Shown in pieces: positions 17,116 through 27,051 of a stretch of 64,000 nt of DNA (position 1 is the stretch's first letter; every line of letters begins with the position of its first letter). The stretch is taken from the IMG/VR virus record IMGVR_UViG_3300042541_002760. One strand, 5' to 3'. This stretch comes from a virus. A model generated the notes under the pieces. The model had not been told where the DNA came from and made no database searches. It saw only the letters and a list, made by a program, of their open reading frames with translations. The translations under genes and the position numbers were made by a program.

Positions 17116-17153
17116 AAAGAAAAGAGACTGTAGGAATTTCTTCCTACAGTCTC
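17116..17153 (-). terminator. rho-independent terminator after major capsid gene
   Basis: 13-bp perfect stem GAGACTGTAGGAA/TTCCTACAGTCTC followed by TTTTCTTT on minus strand. Confidence 0.88.
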
Positions 17154-17191
17154 CATGAATTTTACTGCAATATGCAGTGAATTTGTACAAA

Positions 17192-18538
17192 TCAGAACAG
17201 GTTAGTTACCTTAACAATGCGGTAGTAAATGTTCTTACGAGCAGCAGCGGCGGCATATGGGTCAGAAACCGATGCATTATTTGCAATCGTAGCAAAAGGA
17301 TTGTTAACAAGACCGTAACGGGTCTTGAAACCAATCTTCGGCTGGAACGAATTCTCGCCGACTGCGCGTACCATCTGTAGCGGAACATACGGGCAGTAGA
17401 ACATACCTGCATCATATGCACTCGAACCCTTATATCCTGCCATGAAGAAGTCATGGGCAGTTGTCATGGACGAATAAGGATCGATATACACACGCAACTT
17501 GCCGTTAAGAACACCTGCAAATGTATTGCCCGTGTCATCAACATTCAGATTGGTGCTGAGAGCAGGAGCATAGTCAAGCACTCCTGCCATTGCGAGAGCA
17601 GAGGCAACATCCGAAGAGCAGACAATGAAATTGCCCTTTCCACGGCGGGTTTCCTTAGCAATCTGATTGCACTCACGCTCAATCTGGAAGAGCAGACCCT
17701 TGAACTTCTCGACAGACCAACGACCGTTGGAGTCAACATTCAAGTCAAAGACACCCTGTGTCTGTGTGGTACCACTCTTAGCACCCAACTTGGCATTGCT
17801 GTAGATCACGCGAACAACTTCGCGATTGATTTCAGCAAGGATTTCACTCGACAGGATGTTGGCGAGTTCGGTTTCGGCATCGAGACCATGGATCGCCTTC
17901 AGATCCTGAGCAAGTTCCATCGTGTATTCTGCCTTGAGAGCGCGAGTCTTAGCCTCGACTGTTGTCTTCTCAATGCTGAATGCCATCTGTGGGAACGGAT
18001 TCCGTTCAGTATCGCCAAGTCCTTCTGCCTGATAGGTGTTCATACCAACGGTGCCTCTCATTGAGGTACCTGCACCAACAGGATCAACACCCGATGCTTC
18101 AAACGGATCGGTGCTGAAAACACCCTGTGCAGTTGTACCAGTAGAACCCGAACCACCAAAGGCGGTGTCTGCTTCCTGATACAGTGCTTCGCCACCGTTC
18201 TGATTGATATAACGGCTACGCATTGCAAAGATAAGCCCTGTTGGGCCGCTCATTGGCTGCACTCCGCAGATATCATATGCAATCAGATTCGGCATCGCTC
18301 TACGAACGAGAGAGATGAGGATCGGATCCCAACGAGCAACATTACCACCACCGTCTTGACCACCGATGGTGGCACCAGAGAAGTTGGTTGGGGCTGTTTC
18401 CTTGAGATACTGCTCTTGGTTTTCCAAAAGCATGGTTGTAACTACTTTGCGATAATTATCCTTGATTGCAGGAAGATCTGCGTGTTCAAGAATGGGTTGC
18501 CACTTCTTCTGAAGTGCTTCTGAGATTGTGAGTTCCAT
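17192..18538 (-). CDS. gp23: major capsid protein
   Basis: PILISLVRRAMPNLIAYDICGVQPMSGPTGLIFAMR; RALKAEYTMELAQDLKAIHGLDAE; FQPKIGFKTRYG. Confidence 0.99.
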   Translation of the reverse strand: MELTISEALQKKWQPILEHADLPAIKDNYRKVVTTMLLENQEQYLKETAPTNFSGATIGGQDGGGNVARWDPILISLVRRAMPNLIAYDICGVQPMSGPTGLIFAMRSRYINQNGGEALYQEADTAFGGSGSTGTTAQGVFSTDPFEASGVDPVGAGTSMRGTVGMNTYQAEGLGDTERNPFPQMAFSIEKTTVEAKTRALKAEYTMELAQDLKAIHGLDAETELANILSSEILAEINREVVRVIYSNAKLGAKSGTTQTQGVFDLNVDSNGRWSVEKFKGLLFQIERECNQIAKETRRGKGNFIVCSSDVASALAMAGVLDYAPALSTNLNVDDTGNTFAGVLNGKLRVYIDPYSSMTTAHDFFMAGYKGSSAYDAGMFYCPYVPLQMVRAVGENSFQPKIGFKTRYGLVNNPFATIANNASVSDPYAAAAARKNIYYRIVKVTNLF

Positions 18539-18579
18539 TATGGATTCTCCTTAATAGTGCTTTGTTGAAACGAACAAGA

Positions 18580-18586
18580 TATTTAG
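18580..18586 (-). promoter_or_regulatory. T4-type late promoter
   Basis: CTAAATA upstream of gp23. Confidence 0.65.
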
Positions 18587-18598
18587 CGTTAATGCTAT

Positions 18599-19699
18599 TT
18601 ACCTTTTTGCAATACGGCGAAGCGTGTCGGTATAAGCCTTCATCGATTCGCTAAGATTTTCGATTTGACCTCCAATGGAGACCTCATCGATACTTTCCTC
18701 GGCAGTAGCAGCATTCTCTTCCGTGTGGTTGAGTTTAGGCTTGCCACTGAAATATGATTCCTTGATGATTTCTAACTTGCTGCGAACATCATCTTCATCG
18801 GCACTAAAGGTTACGCCTTCCGTAAGAGTACGGAAACGCTCCTTTTGTGTAACGGTAAGATCGGATGCCATTTCATCAAGAATTTGTTCTCTGCGATAGT
18901 CCTTGACCGCTTCGGTCAACTGAACATTCTTCATGATCTCTTCATCAAGACGAGTCTTGAGGTTTTCGGCAGTCTCAGCCATCTGATCTGCGAGATCAAT
19001 CTTGTTCTCAGGAACATTGATATCGTGCTCAAGGAAAAGGTTGCGAAGACTGCTCATGAATTCTTCAGCAACTTCGGTACGAATACCCTTCTCGATAGCA
19101 ATACGGTTTTCTCCGAGCCATTCTTCAATGACATATGAGAGATATGAATCCAACTGCTCGGTAAGAGCGGTCTTGTTCTCATCGATGCTAGAAGTAAGGC
19201 GATTGCTGTACTCCTCTTCCAATTCGGATCGGATTTCTTCGGTTCGCTCATTGAGAGCAACTTCAAAGATTGTCGATGCCTTGGTCTTGAAGTTCTCGCT
19301 GAGTTCTTCGCCATCAAACATGGCAGTCATATGAACATCAACATCTTCGCGCATTGCCTTCTTGGACTTGATGCTCGAATTGAACTTCGACTTGGCATCG
19401 CCACCTGCGGCACCAACATCAACAGGATCAGGGATGATTGCTCCCTTGCCTGTGCCGTCCTTGTAAAGACCTGCAAACTTGCCCTTACCCGAACCCTTGG
19501 CGAGAGCAGAAGTGTTGGCAACCTTGGAGGTTTCCTCTTCCTCTTCTTCTTCTGCCATGCCTTTCTTAGCAGCAACATTTTTCATTTGCTTCTGTTGGGC
19601 ACTTGATGGGGCTTCTTCTTCGATTGAATCAGTCTCTTCTTCAGCGACTTCGTTTTCATCTAGAATGACTTCTTCAATTTCTTCGTTCTGATAATCCAT
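18599..19699 (-). CDS. gp22: prohead core scaffold protein
   Basis: LSENFK.KA.TIFE, D.YL.YV.EEW..EN.IAIE.G; between gp21 and gp23. Confidence 0.95.
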   Translation of the reverse strand: MDYQNEEIEEVILDENEVAEEETDSIEEEAPSSAQQKQMKNVAAKKGMAEEEEEEETSKVANTSALAKGSGKGKFAGLYKDGTGKGAIIPDPVDVGAAGGDAKSKFNSSIKSKKAMREDVDVHMTAMFDGEELSENFKTKASTIFEVALNERTEEIRSELEEEYSNRLTSSIDENKTALTEQLDSYLSYVIEEWLGENRIAIEKGIRTEVAEEFMSSLRNLFLEHDINVPENKIDLADQMAETAENLKTRLDEEIMKNVQLTEAVKDYRREQILDEMASDLTVTQKERFRTLTEGVTFSADEDDVRSKLEIIKESYFSGKPKLNHTEENAATAEESIDEVSIGGQIENLSESMKAYTDTLRRIAKR

Positions 19700-19721
19700 G
19701 GGATTCTCCTTAGGTACTGTT

Positions 19722-19729
19722 TATTTATA
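19722..19729 (-). promoter_or_regulatory. T4-type late promoter
   Basis: Canonical TATAAATA upstream of gp22. Confidence 0.75.
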
Positions 19730-19746
19730 CTGTCACAAAACTCGGT

Positions 19747-20391
19747 TCATAACTTATTGATAAAACGCTTAAATGCACTAACCATCTGTTCTTCCAATTT
19801 ACGGGAAGAAGTCTTTCGAATGGTTTCTTTGATTTCATCAATTTCTCTTTGAACAAGCAGACCATTCTCAAAGATCCACTCGCGACCTTCCATCACTCCT
19901 CGGACAAATGCCTCAGGAGCGGATGGGTCTGCTACAATATCGGCGGCTGTTGATAGCCGAAAGTCATCTTTGACATAATTGGCACCGTTTTTCTCTTCAA
20001 TTGAGCCAACACCACGGGACGAAACGCCTAACTTGGCACCCTCATCCATTAAATTCTTTACGATTTTGCCGTAAGGGGTATCCATGATCTTTGCTTTGCC
20101 ATAGAAATTCTTACCATCAGGCGACAGTTCACTAATCATATGAGATACTCTCTCTAGATTAATGGTTGGGCCTTCGGGATGTCCCAATTCGCCAAATGCT
20201 CTCTTTTGTGCTACAAAGTCCTTACGGTATTGCTCGACCTTGTCCTTGAGCATCTTGAACTCATACACTCGACCATTGCGATTCTTGATATCTCCCTGAA
20301 GAAAGGTACCTTCGATGAAGTATTGCTTTTGACCGTCCTTCTCTTCAGTTAAAATTTCAATACTTTCGTTGACTTCGCAGATGAGTTTCAT
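19747..20391 (-). CDS. gp21: prohead core protease
   Basis: IEG.FLQ...NRNGRVY, GELGHP, GVSSRG.GS, DIVADPSAP. Confidence 0.98.
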   Translation of the reverse strand: MKLICEVNESIEILTEEKDGQKQYFIEGTFLQGDIKNRNGRVYEFKMLKDKVEQYRKDFVAQKRAFGELGHPEGPTINLERVSHMISELSPDGKNFYGKAKIMDTPYGKIVKNLMDEGAKLGVSSRGVGSIEEKNGANYVKDDFRLSTAADIVADPSAPEAFVRGVMEGREWIFENGLLVQREIDEIKETIRKTSSRKLEEQMVSAFKRFINKL

Positions 20392-20403
20392 ATGAATGTC
20401 CTT

Positions 20404-20847
20404 TTAAAGCGTGAACTCAAGAATAATGGTTCCGTTTGCTGTGCTGAATACATTTCCACTATTATCTAGGCTTATCGTTATTGTGCCAGACTCCAATTGA
20501 GTCTTTGAGCCTGTGCGGCTGTGTGAAAACTGAGGCTCAAAGTACGGTTGATTAAAAAGTCCGTGAAGATAAAGACAGTCACCTGTACTCTGCCCATATT
20601 GCCCACCTGTGTATGTGTTGCCCCATCGGGCAATCCAATCCCACCCTGCGGTATTGCTCGGGTTGGCAGTTGACATAACGGAATGAAGTTTAACGGTTTC
20701 TAACCCAATCCCATCCGCATTCATAAATGCCGATGCCGTCAGTCCAATCGTTATACTTTCTGTGCTTGAAGTAGCAACATTACTTGCCACAATCTTAGTG
20801 ACATAGCGTTTATTCGTTCTGACAATGTCTTGTTTGAAGAGGGGCAT
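20404..20847 (-). CDS. virion protein in head module (paralog of 20847..21233)
   Basis: Shared Q.IV.T.KR.V.K, GxT.SAF and GTIILEF.L. Confidence 0.7.
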   Translation of the reverse strand: MPLFKQDIVRTNKRYVTKIVASNVATSSTESITIGLTASAFMNADGIGLETVKLHSVMSTANPSNTAGWDWIARWGNTYTGGQYGQSTGDCLYLHGLFNQPYFEPQFSHSRTGSKTQLESGTITISLDNSGNVFSTANGTIILEFTL

Positions 20848-21233
20848 CAGAGTACGAATTCAAGAATGATTGTTCCAGTCACAGTTGATGGTGTGATCGT
20901 CATCACGCCTGTAGGTGTCGTTGCATTGTTTGGGATTGTAAATCGCTCAAACATGAAGTCAATATTTCCTAATGCTGCCGAATCAAATGCAGTAGCACCA
21001 GGAGTTCCCCCCCATGTGAGCGTATATCTCGCCGAGCATGAGGACTTGATCGAAGCAAGTTTTGCGGTAGCGGCGGTGATGCCTTCGGTCATCGCAATAA
21101 CATCTCCTGTGAGACCATTTGCAAATGCCGAACCTGTGATACCAAAATTAATCGCAGTTGGGTGAGCATTCAACTGAAATTTCTTAACTAATCTCTTTTG
21201 CGTTCCTACTATGGTTTGTTCTTGATATGCCAT
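20847..21233 (-). CDS. virion protein in head module
   Basis: As above; located between gp20 and gp21. Confidence 0.7.
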   Translation of the reverse strand: MAYQEQTIVGTQKRLVKKFQLNAHPTAINFGITGSAFANGLTGDVIAMTEGITAATAKLASIKSSCSARYTLTWGGTPGATAFDSAALGNIDFMFERFTIPNNATTPTGVMTITPSTVTGTIILEFVL

Positions 21234-21667
21234 TATTCGTTCTCCTCGTTTGCTTTAGCAAAGTTGACTGCATGTTCATATGTGTGTTTATTTTCAGATG
21301 CAAGAACAAGAAATGCAGTTTGATTTTCCTCGTTCAATTTGTCATATACATTAGCAAATGCCTCTGCATGTTTAACACTTACGATTTGAATATCATTATT
21401 CATAAGATTGATATTCTTGCTTTCTCCATCAGAGATGCATTCAGTAATTGTCTTTAGCAGTTTGGTTGCAATGTTTCTGCACTGTGTATTCTCAGTAAGT
21501 CTATCGGTTGTGTGTTTAATGAATCGGATAGTACGAGGATCATCAGAATATACTGCTGCGGTGGATTCATTAATCTTGACAGTAGCAGTATCATTAAGCA
21601 TAGAAAAATTGGCAGCGAATTCTTCCGCAGCCACATCAGTCTTAAACTTAATCGTTACCTTTGCCAT
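21233..21667 (-). CDS. putative prohead core protein
   Basis: C-terminal Y..LNEENQ..F pattern typical of ORFs between gp20 and gp21. Confidence 0.6.
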   Translation of the reverse strand: MAKVTIKFKTDVAAEEFAANFSMLNDTATVKINESTAAVYSDDPRTIRFIKHTTDRLTENTQCRNIATKLLKTITECISDGESKNINLMNNDIQIVSVKHAEAFANVYDKLNEENQTAFLVLASENKHTYEHAVNFAKANEENE

Positions 21668-22155
21668 TAGCCCTTCCAGTTCGCCTTGACATAGTCAAAG
21701 AACTTCTTCTTCTTGGTATCGTCAAGACTTGCAGGAGACTTGGCATCAAATCTCTTTAATGCACTATTAAAAAACTTACGATATTCCTTTTGCTTTGGGC
21801 TGAGTTCTTCTTCGGTCATGGAATATTTGTCGCCCTTCATAACAACAGCAGCCTCAACAGAAGTATCTGCCTGTTCCTTTTTAGGAGCACCCATGAGAAT
21901 TTTCTTCTTTTCGCGAAGAGCCTTATATTTTTCAATGATCTTCATTGCCTCATGAAAATTAATATCGACAGGGGCAGGAATGATTGCTCCCTTGCCGCTA
22001 CCATCGTCATATAAACCGCCAAATTTATTTTCCTGCATGGCTTTATTCCTTTGTTCTCTTAATTTTCTAGATTGCTCAAGTCTCATTGTCGTTTCTCGAT
22101 ACATGCGGGTGCGACCATCAATATCTACTTTTTCGTTTAGGTTATCTTCAGACAT
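21667..22155 (-). CDS. putative prohead core/internal protein
   Basis: Y..FF..AL..F...SP..L....KK.FF.YV..NW; shares a motif with gp22. Confidence 0.65.
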   Translation of the reverse strand: MSEDNLNEKVDIDGRTRMYRETTMRLEQSRKLREQRNKAMQENKFGGLYDDGSGKGAIIPAPVDINFHEAMKIIEKYKALREKKKILMGAPKKEQADTSVEAAVVMKGDKYSMTEEELSPKQKEYRKFFNSALKRFDAKSPASLDDTKKKKFFDYVKANWKG

Positions 22156-22164
22156 AGTGGATCC

Positions 22165-22875
22165 TTATTTCTTTAAAGATTTTTTTACGGGGGGTTTGCC
22201 TTTTCCTTCAGGCGGTTTTCCTGTTACAAGTTCCTTCTTCTTGAGATCTGCATCAGCGACCTCATTTGGTTTACCCGCATCAACAGGTGCAGCAACTTGA
22301 GAAACTCCTGCGTTCTTATCCTTATTGATCTGTGCAGTCATATTTGCACCGAGTGTAGGGTCTTTCTTCGCATCTTTCAACATTCCATCGATGTAGTCTC
22401 TCGTTGCCTTAACCGCAGCCTTGGGGCCAGGAAAGAATTCCCATCTACGCCCATTGATATACACACGAACGGGCTTACCAAAACCCGTTCCCAATTGCTT
22501 GACTAGGATATCCTGTCCCTTATACTTCTCAGTCGAATGGTAAAACTCCTTTTCGAAGTTTGGATCGAGGGACATATCGTCCTTAGCAGATCCCGCAGCA
22601 GTCGGAACAATCTTCATATCTCCCGCATTCATTGGTGCAGTTGCAGGAGGAGCAGATGGTGCACCAGGAAGATTTTCAGGTAATGCAACAGGTTCTGCTT
22701 TTTTATCTGCTACCCCTGTGACAATTTCTCCTGAAAGAGCCTTCTTGAGTTCTTCAACTTTGGTATGAATGCGAGAAGCCAACTCCTTTTGAATGAGGCT
22801 CTTAAACTTCGGAGCCTCTTTTTTAATGAGTGTCTCAATAACAGACTTGAGGATTTTTTCTGCTTCTGTTTCCAT
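22165..22875 (-). CDS. putative prohead core protein (gp67 position)
   Basis: Immediately after portal; helical N-terminus, Lys/Pro-rich. Confidence 0.55.
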   Translation of the reverse strand: METEAEKILKSVIETLIKKEAPKFKSLIQKELASRIHTKVEELKKALSGEIVTGVADKKAEPVALPENLPGAPSAPPATAPMNAGDMKIVPTAAGSAKDDMSLDPNFEKEFYHSTEKYKGQDILVKQLGTGFGKPVRVYINGRRWEFFPGPKAAVKATRDYIDGMLKDAKKDPTLGANMTAQINKDKNAGVSQVAAPVDAGKPNEVADADLKKKELVTGKPPEGKGKPPVKKSLKK

Positions 22876-22883
22876 ATGCTGTC

Positions 22884-24386
22884 CTATACCAAGCCAAATT
22901 GTGCATTGTCTGGTTCGATTTTGCCCTGATTGCGCTCTTTTTCAATTTCCCGATCCATTTGCTTGATCTCGGCTTCATTGAATCCAAGCACATTCTTACG
23001 CACCCATTCATGAGAATAATACTTACCTATGTAGGGTTTGATGTTACCCAACTCCTCTACCTGCGACTTTCGAACCTCTGCATTCTTGAGTTCGGTGAAG
23101 AGATTATCCTTCAAGAAATCAAAGTAGATTGATTCCTTGACATTGTCCCACTCTTCATGGGTGATCACCTTTTTGAGGATCAACTGCTTTTTGAGAACAT
23201 CAAAGAAGAATTCACAGAATTTAATTCTAAGTCTGTGGATATACTTTGTGAATCTTACTTCATCGCGAGTGATTTCCGTAGAACGACCAAGCATGAATTG
23301 CTTGTCTTGCTCCAAACGACTCACAGGAACCGACAATGCCCGATATAGTTTCTTCTGAAAATATATGACATCGGTGAGTTCTCCAAGATTTTGTCCACCT
23401 TGCAGAGTTGTAATTTCGGTTCCCTTGCTGCCTTCGCGGCGGGGGAGCCAATAGTCCTCAAGCATAGACATATGCTTCTTATCGTCACGAACTTCGCCCG
23501 TTGCTGCGTCATAGACGAGACGATTGCGATAGCGATTCATGAGATCCTTGACATACTGTTCTGCCTTGGTCTTTGGGAGATTACCGACATCGATATAGAA
23601 GATGCGGCGTTCAGGTGCACGGCTGATGCGATAGATTACAATTGCATCTTCCAACATTCGAAGTTGATTGAGGGGCTTAATTGCCTTCTGCAAAAATCCC
23701 ACGGTTCGCTTGTATCGGCTATCCATCAATCCCGATGAGCAAAATGCGATTGCATCTTCACTGATCTTGATGCCCGATGGATTTCCACCCGAACGGGGAT
23801 TGTCTTTGTTGTACAAGTAAAAGTCCTTGTATCCCGTAATAATCTTAGTACCGTTTTGCAGAGTCTCTTTGGTGTACTCACGAATTTTCTGAATGTTCAT
23901 CGGATCAACATATCGCAATTCAAGAATTCCCTTTTGAGGGTTATCTTCATCGATGATCAGATGGAAGAAGATCTTTCCATCAACATACCATCGTCTGAAG
24001 ATTTCAGTTCCCTTGGTTTCAAATTGCATTACTCGCATCATATTGCGAAACTCTTCATGGATTCGCTCTTTGACATTATCACTTGCCTTGAGACGATCCA
24101 ATACAATCTTGACAGGAGATTTCTTTTCTCCCACCACAATAGCCTCATTGACAACATCATCGATTGCGACTTCAACAATGGGATCTTGAGCCATCTCACG
24201 ATACTTCATCGTTAGTTCAAAGTCATTACGAACGGTGCCATCAAGATCAACATATTGACCGTAAAAGCCTCCCGCTTCAACAGGAATGGCTCCGTCATCG
24301 AATGTCGGTACGACAAACGACTTGAGAGCCTTATCCTGCTCCTTCTCTTTTTTAGATCGCTCTAGGCGAAAGCCGAAAATTTCCAT
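22884..24386 (-). CDS. gp20: portal vertex protein
   Basis: FRRWYVDG, YRISRAPERRIFYIDVGNLPK.KAEQY, EDYWLPRREG.KGTEI. Confidence 0.99.
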   Translation of the reverse strand: MEIFGFRLERSKKEKEQDKALKSFVVPTFDDGAIPVEAGGFYGQYVDLDGTVRNDFELTMKYREMAQDPIVEVAIDDVVNEAIVVGEKKSPVKIVLDRLKASDNVKERIHEEFRNMMRVMQFETKGTEIFRRWYVDGKIFFHLIIDEDNPQKGILELRYVDPMNIQKIREYTKETLQNGTKIITGYKDFYLYNKDNPRSGGNPSGIKISEDAIAFCSSGLMDSRYKRTVGFLQKAIKPLNQLRMLEDAIVIYRISRAPERRIFYIDVGNLPKTKAEQYVKDLMNRYRNRLVYDAATGEVRDDKKHMSMLEDYWLPRREGSKGTEITTLQGGQNLGELTDVIYFQKKLYRALSVPVSRLEQDKQFMLGRSTEITRDEVRFTKYIHRLRIKFCEFFFDVLKKQLILKKVITHEEWDNVKESIYFDFLKDNLFTELKNAEVRKSQVEELGNIKPYIGKYYSHEWVRKNVLGFNEAEIKQMDREIEKERNQGKIEPDNAQFGLV

Positions 24387-24412
24387 TATGTAGATTCCTC
24401 ATGACCTTTCAA

Positions 24413-25039
24413 TTAGGTGGTTACGCCTTCAACTTCAAAGTACTGGTATGCAATTGTTGTATCAAAGAACGATGCCTCTGATTGTGCACCCATGTCCATC
24501 GATGTTTCTGAAATCGTTGTTGGCCAGCAACCTACCATCTTATACCGAGCAATCGGATTTCCCTCACGGGTAAGTGGTGTAATTGTCCAATCAGTCATAA
24601 ACTGATTCAGTGCATTGGTACCAACATTAGTACGGTTGGTATTTATCAGATTCATCCATGCCTCGAACGACTTACGAAGACCATAGGTTCCATCGTTGTA
24701 GCAAGAGATCGACCAATCTGCAAAGGTACGATCTCCTGGATACTTAAATGGGCGACCCATATAGTAGGCTTGGTTGATGTTAATGGTAGATGATGGAATC
24801 TTAGAAGCCTTGCACAGGAACGAAACCTGTGAAGAAGGATTTCCACCACCAACTGCTGCTGCAACAGCATTGATTGCCCCACCAACGGCTCCACCGAAAA
24901 GAGAACCCGCTACAGCGGCAGCACCCTGAATTGATTGGGTGCTTCCACCTGGAAAGTTACCTTGAACAAGAAACAGATTGTTTCTTGCAATACCGTTGAT
25001 GAGATTAGCGCGAAATGCGTCGATACTGAATTGTGACAT
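24413..25039 (-). CDS. gp19: tail tube protein
   Basis: R.NLF.V, FLCKAS.IP, GR..KYPGDRTF.DW, WP..IS. Confidence 0.93.
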   Translation of the reverse strand: MSQFSIDAFRANLINGIARNNLFLVQGNFPGGSTQSIQGAAAVAGSLFGGAVGGAINAVAAAVGGGNPSSQVSFLCKASKIPSSTININQAYYMGRPFKYPGDRTFADWSISCYNDGTYGLRKSFEAWMNLINTNRTNVGTNALNQFMTDWTITPLTREGNPIARYKMVGCWPTTISETSMDMGAQSEASFFDTTIAYQYFEVEGVTT

Positions 25040-25056
25040 TTAGGACTCCTTATGAG

Positions 25057-25063
25057 TATTTAG
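25057..25063 (-). promoter_or_regulatory. T4-type late promoter
   Basis: CTAAATA upstream of gp19. Confidence 0.65.
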
Positions 25064-25084
25064 TTTGATTTCCTGCATCACGAA

Positions 25085-26989
25085 TCAGGCACCAACCTCG
25101 CTGAAGTTCACGCCAGTGCGAGTGGCAATGAAATTCAACTGAATGAAATTGATGCTACGGTTTGGTTTGACATAGATATCGGCAACAAATCTATTGCTGT
25201 CGATCACTTCTCCCGTATTGTTCTTCTCATCGCATACAACCTTGTAGTCGATGATTCCACGCCGAGCCTGTACATCTCGTAAGAATGGCTCAACGAGTGA
25301 ACGGAACTGTGCACGAGTAAATGCATCGTTGAACTCGAACAGGCTGTACTTAGAAGCCGTTGAGATTGCCTTCTCAAGCACGATGAACAGACGGCGAACA
25401 TTGATGCGATCAAATGCCGATGGCTTTTTCTGAGCAGTCTTATCGCCATACAGGATGGTTCCTTCACCCGAGAAGGTTGCAACGGGATTGATACTGTTCT
25501 TATACAGTGTATCTCTTTGAGCCTGTCTTGGTTGGAAAGCCAACTTGATTACGCCACGAATCTGACCACGATTGAATCCTGCGGGGCTGTACCATGGATC
25601 AAAATTTACATCACTACGGGCACACAGTCCTGCAATGTCGCCATTAAGAGGAACAAAACGGTTCTTATCGTTGTAAATGTCGTACATGTACTTGTAACCG
25701 CTGTCAATTACGGTATATGACGAAGAACCGATAGCATTGCGATACTGAACAGCACGATTCAACTTCACCCCATCCGTTTCATTTGGATCCTTATTGGGAA
25801 CAGAAAGGAAGGCAACACAATCCTTACGAGCATCAACAAGATCTTTAAGTGATGGGCCAACAAGATCCGTAACTGCCGCTTCTAAGTTTTCGCTATTTGG
25901 AGTAAAGGTTTTTTCTGGCCCACCGATGAGAAGATTGACATCAACAGTTTCTGCATCAGAGAAAAGAAGGTATCCTTCTGGATCTGAATCATTATCTTGA
26001 CCAAATGCAATCTTCTTGTAATCTACCAGACCCGCAGGACTTCCATTCTTTCCACCTTTAAGTTGCCAAATACCAACACCGAAGGAAACATTTACTCCTG
26101 TGTAACCCGAATCAGTACCAAGTGTTGTGCTGGCATACCAATTCTGTCCTGTAATAGCAGCAGTTCCCCATGGCCCTGTTCCACCCTTCAACAAATCATT
26201 GAATGATGTTAAATTGGTCTTTGGAATTGCTGCAATATATCTAGAAGTACGATTGACCTTATCAACATAGTAGTTGCTTGTTCCGTCTCCTGCGAGTACA
26301 CCTGGTAGGAAGGAAACTGCTTGGAATTTCTCTACGACAGTTCCCTTGGTGCCCGACAAAAGACCATTTCGATCAATGACGGCGATGTGGAATTCATCAT
26401 TCGATCCACCAAGATTATCGATATAAGCCGAAGTAGATGGGATTGCATCAAACTGCTCACCATAAGTCCAATTGCTAAATCTATGACCATATCCAGTGAC
26501 ACCTGCTACACCTGTTATTCCAACTGCCAAACTACCGCAGATTTGAACTTCAAGTGAATTGCCTAGGGCACCAGGATATCGGGCAGCAAATGCGCCGATC
26601 TTGCTAACATCTGCAAATTCGAACCTATCGTCATTTTCGAGCATGGCTGCATCGGAATCCCAAACAACAGCACCGTCCGATAGGGCGGTTGCTCCTGTGT
26701 ATCCAAATCCGTTGGCATTCACCATATCGGCAACCTTGGCACGAACAACCTGAAGATTGTTGCCATATCCAAGGAAGTTGGCGGCGGGGAACCACCACTC
26801 TGCAACCGCATCATCGGGAGTTCCGAAGAGTTGAACGAGGTTATTTTCCGAATCGACAAGGATTCGCTTATTGCATGGGCCCCAATTAAAGAGTCCTACA
26901 ATACCTGCATTGGTGGTGGCAACAGCAGGAACAATCGTTGTCAGATCTTTCTCTGTTACATTTACGCCTGGGGAAAGTTGGAATGCCAT
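25085..26989 (-). CDS. gp18: tail sheath protein
   Basis: LSPGV.V.E.DLT, PWYSPAG.NRG, SAFDRINVRRLF, KP.RSINFIQLNF.ATRTG. Confidence 0.99.
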   Translation of the reverse strand: MAFQLSPGVNVTEKDLTTIVPAVATTNAGIVGLFNWGPCNKRILVDSENNLVQLFGTPDDAVAEWWFPAANFLGYGNNLQVVRAKVADMVNANGFGYTGATALSDGAVVWDSDAAMLENDDRFEFADVSKIGAFAARYPGALGNSLEVQICGSLAVGITGVAGVTGYGHRFSNWTYGEQFDAIPSTSAYIDNLGGSNDEFHIAVIDRNGLLSGTKGTVVEKFQAVSFLPGVLAGDGTSNYYVDKVNRTSRYIAAIPKTNLTSFNDLLKGGTGPWGTAAITGQNWYASTTLGTDSGYTGVNVSFGVGIWQLKGGKNGSPAGLVDYKKIAFGQDNDSDPEGYLLFSDAETVDVNLLIGGPEKTFTPNSENLEAAVTDLVGPSLKDLVDARKDCVAFLSVPNKDPNETDGVKLNRAVQYRNAIGSSSYTVIDSGYKYMYDIYNDKNRFVPLNGDIAGLCARSDVNFDPWYSPAGFNRGQIRGVIKLAFQPRQAQRDTLYKNSINPVATFSGEGTILYGDKTAQKKPSAFDRINVRRLFIVLEKAISTASKYSLFEFNDAFTRAQFRSLVEPFLRDVQARRGIIDYKVVCDEKNNTGEVIDSNRFVADIYVKPNRSINFIQLNFIATRTGVNFSEVGA

Positions 26990-27022
26990 CTCAGTCTCCT
27001 TAGTTAATTTATTAGACGGGGG

Positions 27023-27029
27023 TATTTAT
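27023..27029 (-). promoter_or_regulatory. T4-type late promoter
   Basis: ATAAATA upstream of gp18. Confidence 0.65.
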
Positions 27030-27051
27030 TCGTTTGTTTATTTCACCCAAA

